The notes under the pieces: model-generated | Databases searched by the model: none | What the model was told of the DNA's origin: nothing | The model's input: the letters and a program-made list of their open reading frames with translations, nothing else | Shown here: piece after piece, positions 55,861-64,000 of the stretch | Position numbering within the stretch: position 1 is the stretch's first letter | How the letters are laid out: every line of letters starts with the position of its first letter | Origin: an uncultured Opitutaceae bacterium | GTDB taxonomy: Bacteria > Verrucomicrobiota > Verrucomicrobiia > Opitutales > Opitutaceae | Direction: 5' to 3' | DNA: 64,000 nucleotides | NCBI GenBank assembly: GCA_964451965.1 | Contig: CAYVKH010000014.1 | Location: 1,979-65,978, forward strand | Made by a program: the position numbers and the translations under genes

Positions 55861-56160
55861 GTGCCTGAGTCCCGCTCCCACACACGCACCGAAACCCGCG
55901 CGGCCACCGAGCTGAAGGTGGAGAACGGCTGGCGGGTCGTCGTCCTGAACGATCCCGTCAACCTGATGTCGTACGTCGTGATGGTGTTCAAGAAGGTGCT
56001 CGGATTCGACGAGGACCGGGCGCGAAAGCACATGCTCGAGGTCCACGAACAGGGGCGCTCGGTCGTCTGGACCGGCGTGCGGGAGACCGCCGAGGCCTAC
56101 GTCTTCAGCCTGCAGCAGTGGCACCTGACGGCCGTGCTCGAGCCCGATGAAACGCGTTGA
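55861..56160 (+). CDS. clpS: ATP-dependent Clp protease adaptor ClpS
   Basis: GTG start. VVVLNDPVNLMSYVVMVFKKV.GFDEDRARKHMLEVHEQGRSVV is present. Confidence 0.9.
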   Translation: MPESRSHTRTETRAATELKVENGWRVVVLNDPVNLMSYVVMVFKKVLGFDEDRARKHMLEVHEQGRSVVWTGVRETAEAYVFSLQQWHLTAVLEPDETR

Positions 56161-56608
56161 GGTAAAGCTCAGCCTTCCCGTGGTCGCCCCGCTCCTGGAC
56201 ATCATCCGGGAGCTTTCGTTTGAGCTCGAGAAGACCCTCGCCGCGCCCCAGGCGCTCCACGACCTGGACCAGGACTTCCGCGGCGCCTGGATAGGCGAGC
56301 TCCTGGAGGGCCAGAACGGCGACCTGCGGGCGCTGCTTTCCCTCTTCGACGGCGAATTCTTCACGGAGGGCGTGGTCGCCTTCGACGAGAACAACGCCGA
56401 GCCGATCGTGCGCGCCTGCACCGCCTTCCGCCTCCAGCTGAGGGAGCGGCGCCTGAAGTCGCTCGGGGACGAGGCGCTCGAGACCGGTGACATCGACATG
56501 GCCGGGCTCGACGAGCCCGTCCGGAAGGCCTTCATGTGCTACCTTTTCCTGGCCACGGTGCAGGAGCTCATCATCCAGCACCTGGATGCGAGCATCATCG
56601 GCTCCTAG
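56147..56608 (+). CDS. Hypothetical acidic protein translationally overlapping clpS
   Basis: ATG at 56147 lies 14 nt inside clpS. 153 aa, rich in Asp/Glu/Leu, no motif recognised. Confidence 0.5.
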   Translation: MKRVEVKLSLPVVAPLLDIIRELSFELEKTLAAPQALHDLDQDFRGAWIGELLEGQNGDLRALLSLFDGEFFTEGVVAFDENNAEPIVRACTAFRLQLRERRLKSLGDEALETGDIDMAGLDEPVRKAFMCYLFLATVQELIIQHLDASIIGS

Positions 56609-57867
56609 GGCGCGCCCTGCGCGCCGAGGCGCTCGATGAGCGAGCACGCGCGCTCGAGGGAGGCGTCGCTGTCGATCCTCTGCGCGTACACCCGGCAGCG
56701 CCGTCGGATATCCGCCGATCCGACAAGCTCGGCGATCGCCCGGGCGGCGCGGCCTGGGCGGTACCGCCTCGGACTCAGGCAGAAACCGAGCCCCATCCGC
56801 TCGATCCTCTGCCCGTTGTCGGGCTGGTCGTGCGCATTCGGCACGATCAGGTGGGGGATCCCGGCCCTCACCGCCTGCGCCAGGGTTCCTATCCCCCCGT
56901 GGTACACGATCGCGGCGCACCGCGGGAGTATCCGGCTGAAGGGCAGGTAGGAGAAGGCCCTGATCCCGGGCGGCAGCCCGCCCGGCAGCTGCGCCGGGTG
57001 ATTGGTGACGAGCATGGCCCGGATCCCCGCCGCGTGGCAGGCCTTCACCGAGCGAGCGAAGAACTCGGTGCGGTCCATCGCCGCCGAGCCGGGGGTGACG
57101 ACGACCGGCGGCGCGCCCGCGCCCAGGAACTCCTCGGCCTCGACCCGCGCCTCCTCCAGGCCCCCGGCATCGTGGAGGAGGAAGCCCGTCAGGTGGGTGT
57201 TTCTCGGCCAGTCGGGCTGCGGGGCGGCGAACCAGTCCGGGAAAAGGCCGAGGACGAGCTCGGGCGAGTGGACATAGCGGCTAAAGATGCCCCGCACACG
57301 CGGCAGGCCGAGCGTGGCCCTGAACCTGTTCAGTTCCGGGCCGATCGACCGCTCAACGAAGATCGTGTCGATCAGCCAGAAGAGGGCCTTCTTGACGAGG
57401 ACCGGCATCTTTGGGCCCATGTCGACATTCCCGAGCCTGCCGTTGTCGAGGTGGCTGCGGAACACGGTCGGCTGGAGGTGCAGCGTCGCCGTCGGGACCC
57501 CGAGCCTCTCCTGAGCGACCCGCGCGCCGAGGCAGAGGGTGGTCGCCGCGACGACCATGCCCTGCCCCTGACGCTCCTCTATGATGCGGTACAGGCGCCG
57601 TATGTTGGGAAGGAGCGCGTGCTCGACGATGCACCCGAAGCCCCTGTTCGGATGCCAGAGCCGCGGGTCCCGCATGATCGCGTCGGCCTCGGCCCGGGTC
57701 CCCAGCGCGACGAACTCGAGCCCGCAGGCGAGGACCTGCTCGGAGAAATACTCGTTGGTCGCCACCGCGACTGCGTGGCCCCTCGCCCTGAGCGCGCGCC
57801 CAAGCGCGATCACCGGATGGATGTCGCCGGAGCTGCCGATTGCGGGCAGTAATATGCGCAAGGGCAT
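56605..57867 (-). CDS. GT1-family (MGT/RhlB-like) UDP-sugar glycosyltransferase
   Basis: ATG at 57867 (MPLRILLPAIGSSGDIHPVIALGRAL). The C-terminal donor-binding signature is VYHGGIGTLAQAVRAGIPHLIVPNAHDQPDNG. Confidence 0.83.
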   Translation of the reverse strand: MPLRILLPAIGSSGDIHPVIALGRALRARGHAVAVATNEYFSEQVLACGLEFVALGTRAEADAIMRDPRLWHPNRGFGCIVEHALLPNIRRLYRIIEERQGQGMVVAATTLCLGARVAQERLGVPTATLHLQPTVFRSHLDNGRLGNVDMGPKMPVLVKKALFWLIDTIFVERSIGPELNRFRATLGLPRVRGIFSRYVHSPELVLGLFPDWFAAPQPDWPRNTHLTGFLLHDAGGLEEARVEAEEFLGAGAPPVVVTPGSAAMDRTEFFARSVKACHAAGIRAMLVTNHPAQLPGGLPPGIRAFSYLPFSRILPRCAAIVYHGGIGTLAQAVRAGIPHLIVPNAHDQPDNGQRIERMGLGFCLSPRRYRPGRAARAIAELVGSADIRRRCRVYAQRIDSDASLERACSLIERLGAQGAP

Positions 57868-58111
57868 ACTTGACGGTGGGCCGACATGTCCCAGACTCAA
57901 GAACAGACACCCTGCAGTGTTCGAGGTGCTTTCAATAACCGCTCTTTGCCTTGGAAACATTACGGGAGCCAGAACCGCCACGGGAGCTGCTAGGCCGTAA
58001 ACCGGAAAGCAAACATCGTGACGGAGGCGCCCACCTTGACTTGAAAAGGTCTTGAGCCTTTGGGCATACGGCACAGGCGGGGTGTCATTTAACTTTCTAT
58101 CAGGCCGAACG

Positions 58112-58450
58112 ATGAACCTAAAGACCTACCACATCCTTCACCTGAGCTCGATCATCGTGCTGCTGGGATACACGTTCTACGCCTTCGCCGCGCCGGCGGA
58201 GACGCGCAAGCGGGTCGTGATGATAACGGGGGTGGCCGCACTCCTGGCCCTGATCACCGGGTTCGCGATGCTCGGGAAGCTTCACCTCGGTTTCCCGGGC
58301 TGGATCGTCGTCAAGCTGGTGTGCTGGCTCGGGTTGTCGGTGATGGTGAGCTTCGCCTACCGCAGGCGCGCGCAGGCCGATGCGTTCATGATCATCGCCT
58401 TTGTCCTGGCCATCACGGCCGTGACAATGGTCTTCGTGCGGCCGTTCTGA
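58112..58450 (+). CDS. Small 4-TM membrane protein (SirB-like size and topology)
   Basis: ATG at 58112. 112 aa with four hydrophobic segments. It ends 15 nt before polB. Confidence 0.55.
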   Translation: MNLKTYHILHLSSIIVLLGYTFYAFAAPAETRKRVVMITGVAALLALITGFAMLGKLHLGFPGWIVVKLVCWLGLSVMVSFAYRRRAQADAFMIIAFVLAITAVTMVFVRPF

Positions 58451-58464
58451 CGGGACGGGGCTCC

Positions 58465-60654
58465 ATGGACGGCGCGCTCTGTGGCGTCTGGATCGACGGG
58501 GAGGGTCGGGCGCGGGTCTCGGTCGAGACCCCCGACGGGGGCAGGAAGGAGGGGACGCTGCCGTTCGAGCCCTTCGCGTGGATCTCCTCGAATCCGTTCA
58601 CCGGGCCCGTGGCCGGCGTGCAGTTCGAGAGGCTTGGCGGCGGCGCGGCGCTTGGCACGCTCGCCCGGGCCGCCTCGCTCGACGCGTTCGAAAGCTTCGT
58701 GAAGGCGGCCCGCGAGCACGTCGCCGTGGACGCCGTCCGGCCCCTCGAGAGCCAGTTTCTCCTCCAGCGCCGCGGCCGGATGTACGGGGACATGGCCTTC
58801 GCCAGGCTGCGGCGCTGCCAAGTTGACATCGAGACGGGCTCGGCCGACGGGGGCTTCAGCGACGCGGAGCGCCCGGGGGACCGCGTGCTCGCGATCGGGA
58901 TCCGCTCGGGAGGCGCGAACCGCCTGCTGCTCATCGACGCGATGACGGACGACGCGGAGAAGCGGCTCCTGCTTTCCTTCAACAGGGAGCTGGCCGCCCT
59001 CGATCCCGACATCATCGAGGGGCACAACCTATTCAAGTTCGACCTGGACTACCTGAGGACGAGGTGCCGGATGCGCCGCGTCCCGTGCGCCTGGGGGCGC
59101 TTCGGCCAGAGGGCGACGTTTCGCAGCAGCCGGCTCAAGGTCGCGGAGCGCTGGATCGACTTCCCGCGCTGCGACCTGCCGGGCCGGGCCGTCGTCGACA
59201 CGTACCTGCTCACGCTCCTGAACGACATCACGGCCCGCGAGCTCAATTCCTACGGGCTGAAGGAGGTCGCGATCCACTTCGGGATCACCGACGAGGAGGA
59301 TTCGGACCGGACCTACATCGAGGGGAGCCGGATCGCCGAGGCGTTCGCGAGCGACCGGGCCCGGTTCTGCGCCTACCTGGAGGACGACCTGAGGGAGACC
59401 CAGGGCCTGGCGGACCTCCTGCTGCCCACCTACTTCGAGCAGGCGCGCGCGTTTCCCATTCCGCTCCAGGAGGCGACCCTGCGCGGCACGACGGTGAAGA
59501 TCGACCTGCTCTTCCTCGAAGAGTACTACCACGCGAGGCAGTCCTGCCCGCAGCCGCCGGAGGTCCGCCCGTTCGACGGCGGCTACACGCGAAGCTTCAA
59601 CGAGGGGGTCTTCCGCCACGTCCTGCATTTCGACGTGGCCTCGCTCTACCCGAGCCTGCTCCTCAACATCGCGCGGAACCCCTCGAACGACTCGCTCGGG
59701 GTGTTCATCCCGCTCCTGAGACGGCTGCTCGAGTACCGGCTCAGGTACAAGCAAATCGCGAGGATGTCGGCCAGCGACGAGGAGAGGGCGGAGGCCCAGG
59801 CGCGGCAGGCCGCCTACAAGATCCTGATAAACTCGTTCTACGGGTACCTCGGGTTCTCAGGCGCGAGGTTCGGCGACGGCGAGCTCGCCGCGGAGGTGAC
59901 GCGGCGCGGCCGCGAGCTGCTCCAGAGGCTGATCGACGAGTTCGGCAAGCACGGGTGCCGGATGCTGGAGGCGGACACGGACGGGATCTACCTGTCGGCC
60001 GAGGAGTACTTCGACAAGCCGGAGGAGCTCCTCGCGCTCGTCGTGCCCATACTCCCGCCGGGGATCGAGCTCGAGTTCGACGGGCACTACGACGCGATGT
60101 TCTGCTACAAGGCGAAGAACTACGCCCTGCTCGAGTCGGGCAAGGTCGTCCTGCGCGGGAGCGCGCTGCGCTCGAGGGGTGTGGAGCCGTTCCTGAAGAG
60201 GCTCACCCACTCGCTGATCCATTTCCTCCTCGGCGTGGAGGGCACCTCGCCGGTGGGCCTCGTCGAGGAATACAGGAGGAAGCTCTCGGACCGATCGCTC
60301 GCCGTGGCCGAGGTCGCCAAGGGGGAGATACTGGGGATGAACCCCGAAGCGTACGAGCGCTTCATCGCCGGGGGGGGAAAGCCGAGGCGCGCCTCGGCCG
60401 AGGCCGCGCTCCAGATGTCGCCACGGCCGAGGATGGGGGAGCGGGTGACCTACTACATCACGCCGAAGCTGAAGGGCCGCACGAGCGACTGGCAGCGTGC
60501 GCGTCCCCTGGCGCTGTACGATCCGGAAGCGGCTCCCTACGATCCCGACCACTACATCGGCAAGCTCGACGACTGGCTCGAGCGGTACGGGAGGTTCATC
60601 GGCGCGAGCGCGCCGCCCAGGAGGGCCGACAGCAGGCAGGGCGAGCTGCTCTGA
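58465..60654 (+). CDS. polB: Family B DNA polymerase (Pol II-like) with intact 3'-5' exonuclease motifs
   Basis: ATG at 58465. Exonuclease motifs: Exo I QVDIETG, Exo II GHNLFKFDLDYL, Exo III YLEDDLRET. Polymerase motifs: Pol A HFDVASLYPS, Pol B KILINSFYGYLG, Pol C EADTDGIY. Confidence 0.9.
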   Translation: MDGALCGVWIDGEGRARVSVETPDGGRKEGTLPFEPFAWISSNPFTGPVAGVQFERLGGGAALGTLARAASLDAFESFVKAAREHVAVDAVRPLESQFLLQRRGRMYGDMAFARLRRCQVDIETGSADGGFSDAERPGDRVLAIGIRSGGANRLLLIDAMTDDAEKRLLLSFNRELAALDPDIIEGHNLFKFDLDYLRTRCRMRRVPCAWGRFGQRATFRSSRLKVAERWIDFPRCDLPGRAVVDTYLLTLLNDITARELNSYGLKEVAIHFGITDEEDSDRTYIEGSRIAEAFASDRARFCAYLEDDLRETQGLADLLLPTYFEQARAFPIPLQEATLRGTTVKIDLLFLEEYYHARQSCPQPPEVRPFDGGYTRSFNEGVFRHVLHFDVASLYPSLLLNIARNPSNDSLGVFIPLLRRLLEYRLRYKQIARMSASDEERAEAQARQAAYKILINSFYGYLGFSGARFGDGELAAEVTRRGRELLQRLIDEFGKHGCRMLEADTDGIYLSAEEYFDKPEELLALVVPILPPGIELEFDGHYDAMFCYKAKNYALLESGKVVLRGSALRSRGVEPFLKRLTHSLIHFLLGVEGTSPVGLVEEYRRKLSDRSLAVAEVAKGEILGMNPEAYERFIAGGGKPRRASAEAALQMSPRPRMGERVTYYITPKLKGRTSDWQRARPLALYDPEAAPYDPDHYIGKLDDWLERYGRFIGASAPPRRADSRQGELL

Positions 60655-60662
60655 GGCCGACG

Positions 60663-61193
60663 CTATTTCGCGGCCCTGCTGCGGGCGACGACCCAGTCTA
60701 TGATCGCGGCGTCGTTGTCCGCGTTCCGCCAGACGACGCCCAGGAACTCCGAGGGAAGGATGTCATGCGCCTTGAAGAACCTCCGGTCCCCGCCGCAGCA
60801 GTACATGAGGCTCGCAGGCAGCTCGCCGCGGAGCTTCGCCTTGGCCTTCGGGATTATCCTGGGCAGCCACTCGATTCCCTTCACCGAGTCCGTCTTGGCG
60901 GGCATCGTCGACTCGTCGAGCACCTTGGCCGACGCCTTGCCGTGCTGGACGTTCATGAAGTAGTTGTGGCGGGCGGACTCGATCAGGACGGCGTGCGCGA
61001 AGCCGGGCTCGCCGGCCGAGACCTCGTCCTCGGCGTAGTCGTAGACGTGCTGGGCCGTGATGCCGTTGGACGCGAGCCAGGCGGTCTGCTCCCTGTCGAA
61101 GAACGAGTCGGCGCCGCGCTGGCCCTTGGCATAGAGCGCGACGGCGCGGTCGTACAGGTCGCGGAAATGGGTTGGGAAGTCGTAGTGTTTCAT
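60663..61193 (-). CDS. Hypothetical protein, C-terminal half DUF5069-like
   Basis: ATG at 61193. GIEWLPRIIPKAKAKLRGELPASLMYCCGGDRRFF recalls the DUF5069 pattern as I remember it. The N-terminal half is unassigned. Confidence 0.45.
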   Translation of the reverse strand: MKHYDFPTHFRDLYDRAVALYAKGQRGADSFFDREQTAWLASNGITAQHVYDYAEDEVSAGEPGFAHAVLIESARHNYFMNVQHGKASAKVLDESTMPAKTDSVKGIEWLPRIIPKAKAKLRGELPASLMYCCGGDRRFFKAHDILPSEFLGVVWRNADNDAAIIDWVVARSRAAK

Positions 61194-61206
61194 GGCGGCT
61201 GCAGGC

Positions 61207-63264
61207 TTAGGCGGGGCGGAAATCTATGATCCGCTTAAACCGGTCCACCTTGTCCACGACGACGTCAAGCCTGCCGTTCAATTCGAAGAGGCGGTGCTTT
61301 CGCCGGCCCACGAGCGCGTTGCCCTCGGCGTTGAGCTGGTAGTAGTCGTCGCCCAGCGTGTCCGAGGAGACGAACCCGAAGGTCATGGACTCGACGAGCT
61401 CGATGAAGAAGCCGTGGCGGCGCACGTCGGTGATGACCGCCGCAAACGCCGTGCGCTTCTTCTTCGCAAGCTCCCGCTCGAAGAACTCGAGCAGCTTTAT
61501 CTTGACGCTCTCGCGCTCGGCCTCGGTCGAGTTCACCTCGGTGAGGCTCAGGTGCTCGGCGAGCTGCTGGATGCCCCGGACGTCGTGCCGGACGCTCCCG
61601 CCCTCGGTCCTGCGGGTGAGGTAGGACTGGAGGACCTGGTGCACGACGAGGTCGGAGTAGCGGCGGATCGGGGACGTGAAGTGGGTGTAGTCCTTCTTGT
61701 GCAGGCCGTAGTGGCCGTCGGGGGTCGCCCGGTAACACGCCTTCTTCAGGCTGCGCAGGAACTGGGTCCGCAGGGTGTACCCCTGAGGATGGGTCTTGAG
61801 GACCTTGAGAAGCTTCACGACCTCCTCGCGGTGGGTCAGGTCGCCGACCTTGATCCCGAAGGTCGCGACGAACTGGCGGTAGTCGGCCAGCTTCTCCGCG
61901 TCCGGATTGTCATGCACGCGGTAGAGCGAAGGAAGCTTGTGCGTGCGCGTCAGGCGCGCCACGGCCTCGTTCGCAGCCAGCATGAACTCCTCGATGAGCT
62001 GGTGGCTCTCGTCCTGCTCGATGCGCTCCAGCCGGTCGGCGTAGCCCTGCGGGTCGACGAAGATTTTAGTCTCGGGCATGTCCAGGTCCAGGCTCCCGAC
62101 CGCCATCCGTTCGCGTCTCAATGCGCCGGCAATGCGCCAGAGGGCCCGGATCCACGACTGCAGGTCGGTGAGCTCCCGGTCGCCGAGCTCCCGGAGCGCG
62201 CGGCCGGTGGATCCGGTCTGGTGCTTCGGGGGAACCGGCATGGAGCGGATCTTCTCCAGGCTGTTCTCAAAGAGGAGGGCGTAGGCCTGCTTGTAGGTGA
62301 GCCGCTTGCGGCTGCGGATGACCGTGTTCGCGAAGTCCGTTTCCGTGATTCGGAAATCCGCGCCAAAGGTCAGGAAGACCGCCTTGCAGAGGCGGTCCTG
62401 CGCCTCGACGAGCGAGCAGAGGCCGTTGGAGAGCTTCTCCGGCAGCATCGGGATCACCGTGCCGACCAGGTAGGTGGAGTTTCCCCGGCTGCGCGCCTCG
62501 CGGTCGATGGCGGTGCCGTGCTTCACGTAGCTCGAGACGTCGGCGATGTGGATCCCGACGCGGACATTGCCGCCCCCGAGGTCCTCGATCGAGAGGGCGT
62601 CGTCGAAGTCCTTCGCGTCGTCGGGATCGATCGTGAACACGGGGAGGCTGCGGTAGTCGAGGCGGCCCTCGATCTCCCTGGGCGCGACGTGGTCGGGGAT
62701 GTGCGCCGCCTCCCGCTCGACGTCGGCCGGGAATTCCGGCTCGAGCCCGTGCTTCACGAATATTCCGAGGAGCTCCGCCCTGGGCTCGTGGGTGCGCCCG
62801 AGCCGGCCGGTGATCTCGCCGACCAGGGGCTGCTCGCGCCGCCGCCACTCGCCAAGCTTGACGATGACCTTGTCCCCGGGGTGGGGAACGGGCCGCACGT
62901 GGGACCTTGAGGGGTCGGAAACGGCGATCTCGTAGACGAAGCGGGGGTCGTCCGGGGCTACGATGAAGTTGCGGCCCTCGCGCCTCAGGTCGCCGACGAT
63001 GACGGCTCGGGCGCGCTCGAGGATCTGGACCACGCGGCCCACGCGCTCCCCGGGGCGCCTGCCGGCGACCCCTCGGTAGATTCGGACCACGACGGTGTCG
63101 CCCGGAAGGGCGACGCCCGTATCGTCCGGAGAGATCTGGATTGAAGGCTCATCTCGTTTTCCATCAACGATAACGAACGCGGATCCTCCGGCTCTGAATT
63201 GAATTGCGCCTTTGACTGAGTCATCGGCCTGTGGGCCCTTGCGGCTCGGCTTGGTGTTTAACAT
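61207..63264 (-). CDS. rnr: Ribonuclease R (RNB family 3'-5' exoribonuclease)
   Basis: ATG at 63264. N-terminal OB/CSD-like region, RNB motif FTIDPDDAKDFDDALS, HFTSPIRRY.D and a C-terminal S1-like domain (GFFIEL) are present. Confidence 0.9.
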   Translation of the reverse strand: MLNTKPSRKGPQADDSVKGAIQFRAGGSAFVIVDGKRDEPSIQISPDDTGVALPGDTVVVRIYRGVAGRRPGERVGRVVQILERARAVIVGDLRREGRNFIVAPDDPRFVYEIAVSDPSRSHVRPVPHPGDKVIVKLGEWRRREQPLVGEITGRLGRTHEPRAELLGIFVKHGLEPEFPADVEREAAHIPDHVAPREIEGRLDYRSLPVFTIDPDDAKDFDDALSIEDLGGGNVRVGIHIADVSSYVKHGTAIDREARSRGNSTYLVGTVIPMLPEKLSNGLCSLVEAQDRLCKAVFLTFGADFRITETDFANTVIRSRKRLTYKQAYALLFENSLEKIRSMPVPPKHQTGSTGRALRELGDRELTDLQSWIRALWRIAGALRRERMAVGSLDLDMPETKIFVDPQGYADRLERIEQDESHQLIEEFMLAANEAVARLTRTHKLPSLYRVHDNPDAEKLADYRQFVATFGIKVGDLTHREEVVKLLKVLKTHPQGYTLRTQFLRSLKKACYRATPDGHYGLHKKDYTHFTSPIRRYSDLVVHQVLQSYLTRRTEGGSVRHDVRGIQQLAEHLSLTEVNSTEAERESVKIKLLEFFERELAKKKRTAFAAVITDVRRHGFFIELVESMTFGFVSSDTLGDDYYQLNAEGNALVGRRKHRLFELNGRLDVVVDKVDRFKRIIDFRPA

Positions 63265-63631
63265 ATCTGTGCGGGACCCGCATTCGGCGAGTCAACCGCA
63301 TCAAACATCCCTCAAACGGCCTGACTTGGCGAGCGCATTAAGCTGGCCGGCTCAGATAGGCAGGGAATCGGGACCCGCCCCAGGCCCGGGATCGAGGCCC
63401 AGACGAGTCCGCACCGCCATGGCCGCCCGCGGATCCCGGCTTGGGGCGCGACTGGCAAGATCCGGGCGGATTGAACGGGTCCGGCGCCGCGTATTCCTCT
63501 TCCCCGTTCTCGACAATCCGACCCGCAAGGGCCTAGATTCGCCGTCCAGTGTTCACCAAAGGACGACCAACGGGCAGCTTTTGTCCCCCAGGCCAACTCG
63601 GGTTGAATGAGAGCAAGTTACGGAAACGGCC

Positions 63632-64000
63632 ATGAAGATCGTCCACGCTGCGAGCGAACTCTATCCGTACATGAAGACAGGAGGCCTCGCGGACGCCGTG
63701 GGGGCCCTCGTCGGGACCCTGGCGGACAGGGGGCACGAGGTATCGGCCTTCCTGCCAGGATACAGGGACGCCCTTAACCACCCGTCGGCGGCGGGAGCCG
63801 AGCGAAAGTTCCGCCTGAAGATCGAGATGGGCGACCAGTTTGTCTCCGGCGACGTGCTCGCGTTCTCGCCCCAGAAGAACCTGACCGTGTACCTGATCTG
63901 CCGCGACGAGTACTTCGACCGCGGGCGGGCCTACGGAAACGCCGAGCGCGACTACGAGGACAACGCGGACAGGTTCATCTTCTTCTGCAAGGCTGTCGTG
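63632..64000 (+). CDS. glgA: Glycogen synthase (partial, continues beyond the window)
   Basis: ATG at 63632. MKIVHAASELYPYMKTGGLADAVGAL (the KTGGL motif) and YEDNADRF.FF are present. Confidence 0.9.
   Translation, partial: MKIVHAASELYPYMKTGGLADAVGALVGTLADRGHEVSAFLPGYRDALNHPSAAGAERKFRLKIEMGDQFVSGDVLAFSPQKNLTVYLICRDEYFDRGRAYGNAERDYEDNADRFIFFCKAVV

Noticed and set aside
57901-57922. Inverted repeat GAACA-N12-TGTTC upstream of the small-ORF/polB pair, considered as a LexA operator
   Set aside because: The arms are only 5 bp. The geometry is opposite to both the E. coli CTGT-N8-ACAG box and the TGTTC-N4-GAACA type motif that, as I recall, has been reported for Verrucomicrobia. Chance occurrence in 244 nt is likely.
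1-64000. Search for tRNA, rRNA, CRISPR, IS/transposase, integrase, toxin-antitoxin or known defence-system genes
   Set aside because: No GTTCGAATC-type T-arm in any intergenic gap. No rRNA-like conserved blocks. No repeat-spacer arrays. None of the 62 supported proteins shows DDE/tyrosine-recombinase, nuclease-NTPase or reverse-transcriptase signatures.

Overview
High-G+C (about two-thirds by eye), gene-dense chromosomal window from a diderm bacterium, since BamD-, LptE-, TonB-C- and outer-membrane-barrel-type genes are present. I call 62 protein-coding genes, one of them truncated at the 3' edge. I found no rRNA, tRNA, CRISPR array, transposase or integrase. Many of the longest ORFs in the supplied track are antisense or out-of-frame shadows typical of high-GC DNA and were discarded. 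I refined start codons by reading the sequence; several best starts are GTG or TTG.

Most content is housekeeping: rpmF-plsX-fabH, coaD, pgsA-pgpA, aroQ, uvrB, hpt, rpe, uppP, trpD, glmM, argA, proS, clpS, purU, gdhA, polB, rnr, glgA, rpmJ and rpmE type B.

Findings worth a second look:
- (i) A tightly overlap-coupled minus-strand array (23268..28123) holds a type III polyketide synthase, an FAD oxidoreductase, a SAM methyltransferase and a small novel membrane protein. It is followed by NIF3, aroQ and a specialised NusG paralogue, and a divergent gamma-tocopherol-methyltransferase-like gene lies beside it. I read this as an SrsABC-like phenolic-lipid cassette with an uncharacterised architecture.
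- (ii) A glycan-oriented neighbourhood (3517..15947) contains a bifunctional fucokinase/GDP-fucose pyrophosphorylase, GH172 and GH26 enzymes, a TMTC-like GT-C/TPR membrane protein built from ten 105-bp repeats, and a second large polytopic membrane protein.
- (iii) Three orphan hairpin-plus-T-tract elements sit in divergent promoter regions and are candidate sRNAs or attenuators.
- (iv) The 5' terminal segment (1..872) is compositionally distinct and has no supportable gene.

The taxon cannot be fixed from sequence alone. The gene content (DUF2961, DUF5069-like, TMTC-like TPR proteins) is reminiscent of Verrucomicrobiota/PVC genomes, but that is a low-confidence inference.
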